Shown: in pieces, positions 40,177-49,210 of the stretch
How the letters are laid out: each line of letters opens with the position of its first letter
How positions within the stretch are numbered: the first letter of the stretch is position 1
Assembly (NCBI RefSeq): GCF_006345805.1
Contig: NC_043005.1
Coordinates: 75,268,001 to 75,332,000 of the forward strand
Direction: 5' to 3'
Length of the DNA: 64,000 nucleotides
Source: Octopus sinensis
Taxonomy: Eukaryota
Translations under genes and position numbers: made by a program
Notes under the pieces: generated by a model
Databases searched by the model: none
Seen by the model: only the letters and a program-made list of their open reading frames with translations
Told to the model about the DNA's origin: nothing

Positions 40177-41189
40177 CTGACATAAAATTGAAATAAACAG
40201 ATAGTCATTAGCACGTCTATGCTTAAAAACATGTTTCTCACTTGTATCAATGTATTTTGTACTGCTAATTTAACTTCCTTTTATCAATAAAAAATACTGA
40301 AATTATTTGTATAAAAACTAACAACACATTTCTGAATACTTTTCTGAAAGGCAACTACAGCTCTCTATTTTAAGACATCATCAACATAGTTTTTTAAATT
40401 TCATATGAACATGCTGGTATGAGGATGAATAGAAATTCACTAAGGCATATTTCTCTTGTCATCTCAATCCCCTATCATATTAGGTGTGGGTGTGGCTGTG
40501 TAGTTACGAAGTTTGCTTCGTAATCATGTTGTTCCAAGTTCAATCCTACTGTATGGTAATTTGAGTATCTTGAGGCATAGTCTCAGGTTCATCCAAGCCA
40601 TGTAAGTGAAAACGGTAGAGGGAAACCTGTCAGATTGACTGTACCTTTTTGTAAATAGAAGAGTTGATTTGTCGCTCCATTTAAAACCACCGACTGGCTC
40701 TTGGACTCTCTCTGCGGATTCCATTCTGCTTGTGAACATTCAGACCAGGCGTTCAGTCTGATGATAATCACTTAGTCATGGTTCCTTTCTCCTATTTGCT
40801 CCTAGCAGTCTTGGAGGCCCTGCAAAAAAAGCTATGGGTGCTGTCTTTCCTTTCTCTGACAAAGTCATAAAAAAAAAATTTGTAATTTAAACAATTTGTA
40901 TGTATATTCCTTCAGTATTTTGGGTCAATGCTGATAATTGTTAAAAAAAAAGATACACAAATATATATGTGTGTGCATGAATGTATGTATGTATAGTTGT
41001 GTGTGTGTGTATTGGTAAACATAGGAATGGCAGTGTAGATAAGAAATCTGCTTCACAATCACATGGTTTTGAGTTTAGGCCAGCTATGCAGAACTTTGGG
41101 CATCTGTGTTCTTCTATAGCCCTAGTTTGATCCAGGTCTTAAGAGTTAATCTGGTACAAAGAAAAACTGTACAAATACCATGTATTTGC

Positions 41190-41226
<37 letters not shown>

Positions 41227-43231
41227 TATCTGTGTATGTATGTATCCATCATACTTTCATATCCCTTGAGACTATACACCAATCAGTTGAGTTTTGTCTT
41301 GATGATCTCACCAGTACTACTTCCATGAAAAGAGTATCCAGTACACTTTGTAAAGTGGCCAACATTAGGAAAGGCATCCAGCTGTAGAAACCATGCTAAG
41401 GCAGACACTGGAGTTTGGTGTGGCCCTCTGGCTTGTCAGTTCATGTCAAACCATCCAACCCATGTCCACATGGAATAAGGGAAGTTATATGATGATGATA
41501 ATGATGACAGTGATGTTGATACAGATGTGTATGACTGCCTTGCCAAATCTTCCTTCCACCCTTCATTCTCTATCACTCATCTGGCCATCACTTGCCAACT
41601 GCAGTTTTCTGCTGCTGTAAACAATGAGGACCGACCTACATATTTTATCATCTTTTCTGTCATACCAAATAACTTTCTCACTAACCAAGACCACTTCAAT
41701 TGACTTCCACCCTTCATTCTTACATTATCCCTCTTCACTCACATTTTACATTGATCACCTAACCCCTTCTATGCAACCAAATTATCTCTCCTTCTCCATT
41801 AAACTACTTCCTGATTATTTACACATATCACCATACATTCACAGCATCCAGTTGTAGAAACCATGCCAAATCAAATTGGAGTCTGGTGCAGCACACCATG
41901 CTTGCCAGCATTGGTCAAATCATCCAACCCATGCCAGCATGGACAACGGATGTTAAATGATGATCAGCTCACTCTCTTCCCATGCACTATATCTCTCTCC
42001 ACACACACACACACACACACACTTTCAACCTCTTTTTTCACACTCCTGTAACCTACCCACTAACATCATCTCTTTCTCTTTATCCAGCTGCTCTTCACCT
42101 TCTAGTCTTCATCTCTCCCGAACCGTCCATCCAACATACTTTATTATAGACATCCCTCACACCTCAACACTTGTTCATTATTCAATATATTTGCATCACT
42201 ACCCCATTTCTTACCATCCCTCACGTTCTCCATAAACTCTTACGACTTATATCCAGCATTCCTTCCTCTTCTTCTGACCTGCCAGAACCCATCCTTACAC
42301 TTCATCACCACTATCTTTATTCCTCTTTCCAGCCCCACACCTATTTCTCCCACACATTCTTGTATAGTGTGATCATTCATTTATGTATTGCAAAAACCTG
42401 TTCTGGGTCCTCCATTCACACTCTTAACTTTTCATCACCTAGCATAAAACTGCCTCCTTCAGCTGATGGAGATCTTAATCTTGTGAGCTACATGGCAACG
42501 TCGCTCGTGCTGGTACCATGAAAAACTACCCAGCACAGTAAGGAAAGTGGCTGATGTTAGGAAGAGTATCCAGTCATAGAAACCATGTCAAAGCAGATAC
42601 TGGAACAAGACAGCACTCTGAACCATTGGATCCTGTTATTCAAGCCCGTGCCAACACAGAAGATGGACATTAAAAGATCATGTATCATCATCAATCATTT
42701 AATATCTGTTTTCCATGCTGGATGGTTGACAAGAGCTGGTAAGGCTGGAGGATGCACTGGGTTCCATTGTCTATTGTGGCATGGTTTCTACAGCTGGAAG
42801 CCCTTCCTAACACCAACCGTTTTACAAAGTGTACTCGGTGCTTTTTATACTGGTGGTACCAGCAATGTGAAAGCGTGTATGCATTTGTGAGTGTATGTGC
42901 ACGTGTGTGACTGCTTACACTCTGCAACTGCTGAGCAGTGGGCAGTGTTCTCTATTGTCATTTCAAAAGGGAGTGGAATGAAAAGATCTTTACTTGAAAA
43001 CCAATAAGGGTTAGGAGCAGCTGTACAGCAATGCCTCAACAAGATGTAGTTGTTAAATCAATGCTAACATAGAAAAATGTATGTAAAACAAATGAACAAA
43101 TAACATACAAAGATATAATTAATATATATATATCAATTTAAATATACAACTGAAAGAGCTACTAATTGTTTCATACTCTTATAATAGTTGAACAGCCATA
43201 TTTATGAAATGTGCTATGTATCTTAAAGCAA

Positions 43232-43480
43232 GTGGAGGCACGTGGCTTAGTGGTTAGGGTGTCAGCATCATGATCGTAAGATTGTGGTTTCAATTCCTGG
43301 ACCGGGCAATGCGTTGTGTTCTTGAGCAAAACACTTCATTTCATGTTGCTCCAGTCCACTCAGCTGGCAAAAATGAGTAACGCTGCGATGGACTGGCGTC
43401 CCATCCAGCTGGGGAGCACATACGCTATTGAAACCGGGAAACCGGGCCCATGAGTCTGGATAGGCTTTAAAAGGGTGCAT
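43232..43480 (+). mobile_element. tRNA-derived SINE family D
   Basis: GTGGAGGCACGTGGCTTAGTGG (A box) and GTTTCAATTCC (B box). Related heads at 28670-28921(-), 11690-11826(-), 31130-31430(-) and 17550-17680(+). Confidence 0.8.
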
Positions 43481-43894
43481 TTATTTTATTATCTTAAAGC
43501 AAACTTTTATATAATGCATAAATAGAGCCCAAAAGATTGCTTTAAGATACATGGCGTATTTTATAAATATGCCTGTTCAAGTATCATAAAAGCATGTAAA
43601 TATTAATAGCTTTTTCGGTTGTGTATTTAAATTGATATTTAGCTCTCACCGGATGGAGTACTTTTATTGTTGATTCTACCTCCATTGGATCTTTAAACTA
43701 ATATATATATGTAAACATATATATACACACACACACATACATACTTAATTATATATATACATGTGCATATTGACGATCTATGACAATGGTTGTATAGATT
43801 TCCTTGCACACACACACACACACACAATAGGCAATTCTCTTATTATAAAATTTTAGATTCAAAAGACAGCATAAGTGAGAAAAACACAGCTTAC

Positions 43895-43939
43895 CTGGCG
43901 TATTCGTCGCGTTGATTCACGCGGGATATTGAACGACAT
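43895..43939 (-). CDS. RNF115/RNF126: RNF115/RNF126-like RING-H2 E3 ligase, coding exon 1 (MSFNIPRESTRRIRQ)
   Basis: Minus strand reads ttctttacag|taaccATG...CAG|gtaagc. The acceptor lies 5 nt before the ATG (exon 43944-43895). The phase-0 donor joins in frame to the exon at 40176. No family motif in this exon, so it is assigned from splice signals and frame. Confidence 0.7.
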
Positions 43940-44145
43940 GGTTACTGTAAAGAATAACAGATGGCATGGTAAGTTAATGAAACACAAAAAAAGTGGATGC
44001 TATATCTAAGTGATTACTAAGAAAGGGCTGGAAATAAACTAATATATAATTAGTGACATAGAAGTATATATGTTATAAATGTAAGTCATAGGCAACATAA
44101 CATGTATGCACACACTACATATACATACACACACATACAATATAT

Positions 44146-44177
<32 letters not shown>

Positions 44178-44185
44178 TACATACG

Positions 44186-44316
44186 TAAGAATTTTTTGTG
44201 TAATGAGATAAAAAAGCAAGGCTGTGTAGATATTAGAACATTTATAGATTCTATCTATAAATGTTCTAGTATCTACACAGCCTTGGTTTTTTATCTCATT
44301 ACACAAAAAATTCTTA
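44186..44316. repeat. 131-bp hairpin (64-bp arms, 3-nt loop)
   Basis: Loop TCT at 44250-44252. Two mismatched positions. Confidence 0.95.
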
Positions 44317-44570
44317 TATACACATGCTGACATAGAACCAATGTTGAACCCATTATTGCAAAATTACTGAATCTAGAACTTTGGCCAGTCTATAGCACTT
44401 ATTCAGCATTACCTGACACCTTTGGGTCTCAATGACACCATTATCTCTTATAACCTAAACTTCTGGCTATATATATATATATATACATATACATACAAAA
44501 ACACACTATATAAATATTACATACACACACACACGATATAAATATTACATATACACACACACAGACACAC

Positions 44571-44602
<32 letters not shown>

Positions 44603-44755
44603 CCAATTAAGGACTGAACACGAAAAGTGGACAGTCAACATGCTAGATATAGACGTCAAATCGCCATTCACCGCAAAAGATTATGTTCTCAGATCAAACT
44701 CAACACAAAACCATAGCAATAAACAAGTGAAAAATATACGAAATAAAATAATTAC

Positions 44756-44820
44756 CCATGTACTAAATTAGTTTCAGCTGTTATTTTCCGCAAGGAAAAC
44801 TGCAGCCATCATCAGCATGG
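44756..44820 (-). ncRNA. Type I hammerhead ribozyme motif (copy 3, minus strand, same strand as the RNF gene)
   Basis: Exact reverse complement of the 45513-45577 motif. A fourth copy at 45262-45320 is cut inside CUGAUGA by the inversion junction. Confidence 0.85.
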
Positions 44821-45512
44821 TCCGTTATAAATGTAATTTGCTGGACTAGATGCAAACACGATACCGAAATATCGCGTGCATGGAGTTCAGCCTATTACAT
44901 TTGAATATATCTTTCAAATGCCTTTACTTTGGCGCGTTGGAACCCGAGAAAACTAGACTGCAGCTAATAATTAGCAGCAGTTAATTTATCGGTTAGAGAA
45001 CATATTTATTTATATAAAATTAATTAGGGTAGAAATTGATATTTATCAATTAAGACCAGTGGTCTAGCATATTAAAAAAGAATCCGAAGATTAAAATATT
45101 TATATATACCAATTAAGGACTGAACACGAAAAGTGGACAGTCAACATGCTAGATATAGACGTCAAATCGCCATTCACCACAAAAGATTATGTTCTCAGAT
45201 CAAACTCAACACAAAACCATAGCAATAAACAAGTGAAAAATATACGAAATAAAATAATTACCCATGTACTAAATTAGTTTCAGCTGTTATTTTCCGCAAG
45301 GAAAACTGCAGCCATCATCATAAATAAATATGTTCTCTAACCGATAAATTAACTGCTGCTAATTATTAGCTGCAGTCTAGTTTTCTCGGGTTCCAACGCG
45401 CCAAAGTAAAGGCATTTGAAAGATATATTCAAATGTAATAGGCTGAACTCCATGCACGCGATATTTCGGTATCGTGTTTGCATCTAGTCCAGCAAATTAC
45501 ATTTATAACGGA

Positions 45513-45577
45513 CCATGCTGATGATGGCTGCAGTTTTCCTTGCGGAAAATAACAGCTGAAACTAATTTAGTACATGG
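45513..45577 (+). ncRNA. Type I hammerhead ribozyme motif (copy 1, plus strand)
   Basis: CCATG-CTGATGA-T-GGCTG...CAGCT-GAAA-CTA-att-TAG-TA^CATGG. Stem I is CCATG/CATGG. Stem II is GGCTG/CAGCT plus an inner GTTTTCC/GGAAAAT helix. Stem III is ACTA/TAGT. Predicted GUA cleavage after 45572. Confidence 0.85.
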
Positions 45578-46017
45578 GTAATTATTTTATTTCGTATATT
45601 TTTCACTTGTTTATTGCTATGGTTTTGTGTTGAGTTTGATCTGAGAACATAATCTTTTGTGGTGAATGGCGATTTGACGTCTATATCTAGCATGTTGACT
45701 GTCCACTTTTCGTGTTCAGTCCTTAATTGGTATATATAAATATTTTAATCTTCGGATTCTTTTTTAATATGCTAGACCACTGGTCTTAATGATAAATATC
45801 AATTTCTACCCTTAATTAATTTTATATAAATAAATATGTTCTCTAACGATAAATTAACTGCTGCTAATTATTAGCTGCAGTCTAGTTTTCTCGGGTTCCA
45901 ACGCGCCAAAGTAAAGGCATTTGAAAGATATATTCAAATGTAATAGGCTGAACTCCATGCACGCGATATTTCGGTATCGTGTTTGCATCTAGTCCAGCAA
46001 ATTACATTTATAACAGA

Positions 46018-46082
46018 CCATGCTGATGATGGCTGCAGTTTTCCTTGCGGAAAATAACAGCTGAAACTAATTTAGTACATGG
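46018..46082 (+). ncRNA. Type I hammerhead ribozyme motif (copy 2, plus strand)
   Basis: Same 65-nt motif, 505 nt downstream of copy 1. Predicted cleavage after 46077. Confidence 0.85.
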
Positions 46083-46319
46083 GTAATTATTTTATTTCGT
46101 ATATTTTTCACTTGTTATTGCTATGGTTTTGTGTTGAGTTTGATCTGAGAACATAATCTTTTGTGGTGAATGGCGATTTGACGTCTATATCTAGCATGTT
46201 GACTGTCCACTTTTCGTGTTCAGTCCTTAATTGGTATATATAAATATTTTAATCTTCGGATTCTTTTTTAATATGCTAGACCACTGGTCTTAATTGATAA
46301 ATATCAATTTCTACCCTTA

Positions 46320-46351
<32 letters not shown>

Positions 46352-46392
46352 CGCACACACAGACACACTATATAAATATATATATACACACA

Positions 46393-46423
<31 letters not shown>

Positions 46424-46427
<4 letters not shown>

Positions 46428-46569
46428 CACTTCGCCCAGCGCGCTAACGTGTCTGCCAGCTCGCTGCCTTTATATCATCATCATCATCACGGACGCTAAA
46501 CGATGATGATGATGATGATATAAAGGCGGCGAGCTGGCAGACACGTTAGCGCGCTGGGCGAAGTGCTTA
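46424..46569. repeat. Foldback duplication of a SINE-B head plus a (GAT)n tail
   Basis: 46424-46488 is the near-exact reverse complement of 46502-46569 (one substitution, one ATC unit fewer). Spacer ACGGACGCTAAAC is the end of a family C tail. Confidence 0.9.
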
Positions 46570-46752
46570 GCGGTATTTCGTCTGTCGTTACGTTTTGAGT
46601 TCAAATTCCGCCGAGGTCAACTTTGCCTTTCATCCTTTCGGGGTTGATAAATAAAGTACCAGTTTCACACTGGGGGCGATATAATCGACTCAATCCCTTC
46701 GTCTGTCCTTGTTTGTCCCCTCTATGTTTAGCCCCTTCTGGGCAATAAAGAA

Positions 46753-46753
<1 letters not shown>
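46521..46753 (+). mobile_element. SINE family B (AAGGCGGCGAGCTGGCAG head), near-intact copy
   Basis: Head with a GAGTTCAAATTCC B box. Homologues at 2303-2535(-), 57826-58045(-), 38045-38255(+), 62261-62462(+), 34720-35100(+, two copies), and decayed clusters at 7500-8225, 17070-17420 and 23090-23540. Confidence 0.85.
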
Positions 46754-46783
<30 letters not shown>

Positions 46784-46934
46784 AGTAGGTGAATGAATTA
46801 TCCTAGCATGAAAAATTCGTTTAACCGATACCTGGGTAGCAAATTCATGTCAGAAAACACGGTTGAAGCGACCTGTCAAGGGTAGAAACTCAGGGTTCAT
46901 GTGTGGAAATTTGTGTTTTTTATATGAATAAATA

Positions 46935-47050
46935 AAAGAATGGAGTCGAACGAAGATGTTAACAAAATTCCTTTACTCTCGACACATGTTTCGAAGACGG
47001 CATCAAGAGTAAAGGAATTTTGTTAAAATCTTCGTTCGACTCTATTCTTT
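46935..47050. repeat. 45-bp-arm hairpin with a 26-nt loop
   Basis: Arms 46935-46979 and 47006-47050 with 2 mismatches. The minus-strand loop reads ...CTTC-GAAA-CATGTG-TC-GAGAG, like the 3' half of a hammerhead. Confidence 0.8.
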
Positions 47051-47072
47051 CATTTATATGTATATATATATA

Positions 47073-47465
47073 TACTCTTTACTCTTTTACTTGTTTCAGT
47101 CATTTGACTGCGGCCATGCTGGAGCACCGCCTTTAATCGAGCAACTCGACCCCGGGACTTATTCTTTTTGTAAGCCCAGTACTTATTCTATCGGTCTCTT
47201 TTGCCGAACCGCTAAGTAACGGGGACATAAACACACCAGCATTGGTTGTCAAGCAATGCTAGAGGGACAAACACAGACAAACACACATACATATATACGG
47301 CAGGCTTCTTTCAGTTTCCGTCTACCAAATCCACTCACAAGGCATTGGTCGGCCCGGGGCTATAGCAGAAGACACTTGCCCATTGCCCAAGATGCCACGC
47401 AGTGGGACTGAACCCGGAACCATGTGGTTGGTTAGCAAGCTACTTACCACACAGCCACTCCTGCG

Positions 47466-47469
<4 letters not shown>
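47073..47469 (-). mobile_element. SINE family A, young subfamily
   Basis: Full length, flanked by (TA)n on both sides. Confidence 0.9.

Positions 47470-47523
<54 letters not shown>
47469..47523. repeat. (TA)n microsatellite, one of many (others at 8701-8757, 53259-53295, 53339-53384, 63535-63582)
   Basis: Directly visible dinucleotide runs. Confidence 0.95.
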
Positions 47524-47527
<4 letters not shown>

Positions 47528-47680
47528 TTTCTGTCAGTCCACTTCCTCGCTTTCAACATGTGTAAATTATAAAGAGATGATTTGGAGTGGTTAGAGGGAT
47601 TTAGCATCTATCTTCAGCATATAGGCTTAATTATAATTGTATTTTATACTATTACAAATCTCTATATATGAATTTACCTA

Positions 47681-47713
<33 letters not shown>

Positions 47714-47739
47714 GTGAATTATAATTATTACTTAAGTCT

Positions 47740-49210
47740 AGAAATACCCTGTTCTTCAATTCAGCTGGGGAATTCACCATGATAGCAATACAAGCCAAAT
47801 TGATATCACCATTCTCATCAAATGGTGCTTGCTCATTTCCTAATTGGAGGAGCCAGGTTGAAAACTGTTCTGCACATTAGTTCCCATGTAATAAAACTGA
47901 CACATTAGTATTGAAGGAGAATTTCAGTACTTTATTCCATAGGTGTGAAAACTTAATACATGCTTTTATTTCATCAGATCTCGTTTGTCATGGAATGGCT
48001 GGTAATGTCTGTCTGAAGTATCCTGACAAAATTAATGTAATTCCTCCCATAGATTTATTGTTGCCTCTTATGTCCTGTAAGGTGTTATCAAGAGCTTCCT
48101 TTGAACCTCTATATAACATGGTGCATTCATCCCAAATTATCAGGCGGCATTGGCACACCACTTCTGCTGAACTGAACCTTTGCTTATGCTACAAATTGGA
48201 CTGTCATTTGTGACCAGGTTTAGAGGTAATTTAAAAGCAGAATGAGTTGTTCGTCCTCCTGGGACAATGGTGGTAGCAAAGCCAGATGATGCTACAGCAA
48301 CTGCAATTCTGTTTTGTTGCCTTACCTTGGAGAGAAGCAATGTTGTTACAAATGTTTTACCTGTGCTACCAGAAGCATCAAGAAAGAAAATTCCTTTTTG
48401 TCTCTGATTGATGAAATAATTTTATCATATGCACAGTGTTGTTCAGGAAGGAGTTTAAGTTCATGTTCATTCACAAATGCAACCAACTCAGTGATGTCAA
48501 TCTCTTTTGCTATGTCTCTTGGAATTAAATCACTAATTTGACGGTTTATTTTTGGCAGTCCAGAGCCAGACTTGCAAATTTTTGCTTCCCATGGCCAAAA
48601 AACCTGATCTTCAGTTTCAATCAGCGCTTGGTTAACTGGAGAACTGAATATTGATATCTGGGTTTGCCTGTTGAACTGCATACTTTAAGTCCTCAGCCTT
48701 GTCTTCACGATGTTTCATCCAAAGCTGTAGGGGACTGCCAAGTTGATACATGTTCAGTATAACTGCAAAAAGGTTACCGAGTTTCCTTGGAGAATCTGAT
48801 ACTGATGCTTCAGTCAATGCAAGGTCCCAATGCTCATCATTTTCTAAAAAAACCTTGTTCATAGCATACTTCCCTATAAGTTTCACACACATGAACAATT
48901 GAATCTGGGAATGATTTGGGACCACATACTTCATGCAAAAGGAGCCATAAGTAGTAGCATTCTGCTTGGCTTGACACTGTAAACTCTTGCAAGAGCATCA
49001 GCCCCCACCTTTCCTCTTGTGCCATTTATTGTTTCTCCAGGTGTAATACTTGGGTAATTGCAAGTAAAGGAGTTTTCTTGCATCTTCATCTACTTGCCAC
49101 AACTTAAAAAAGGCAGTAAGAGTAATTTCTTTTAGAGAATGTGCTTGTTGCAAGGTTGTTTGCTTTGTAAAGACAACCCTATGACCATTCTCTAGAATGA
49201 CATTCAAATA
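47740..49210 (-). mobile_element. Helitron RepHel remnant (PIF1-type helicase region), with frameshifts and stops
   Basis: Translations include LTAFFKL...LLYLQLPKYYTW, YYLWLLLHEVCGPKSF, ENDEHWDLALTEAS, Walker A FFLDASGSTGKTF, AVASSGFATTIVPGGRTTHSAFKLPL, Walker B IIWDECTM and GYFRQTLP. Confidence 0.92.

Larger units (their letters stand above)
44603..46332. mobile_element. Inverted tandem array of a ~506-bp hammerhead-containing unit (Penelope-like pLTR or retrozyme-type), inserted in (TA)n
   Basis: About 1.4 units (44603-45320; the repeat restarts at 45109) are followed by about 2 reverse-complement units (45321-46332). Copies differ by only a few bases. (TA)n tracts flank both sides. One hammerhead motif per unit. 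Confidence 0.85.

Noticed and set aside
43232-43310. tRNA-like sequences with A/B boxes (also the heads of SINE A and B)
   Set aside because: They are SINE heads. No complete cloverleaf or acceptor stem, and each continues into a SINE body.
47740-49210. Possible host PIF1 helicase gene or domesticated Helitron
   Set aside because: Multiple frameshifts and stops, no intron structure, and upstream Helitron-specific RepHel motifs. It is a decayed transposon fragment.
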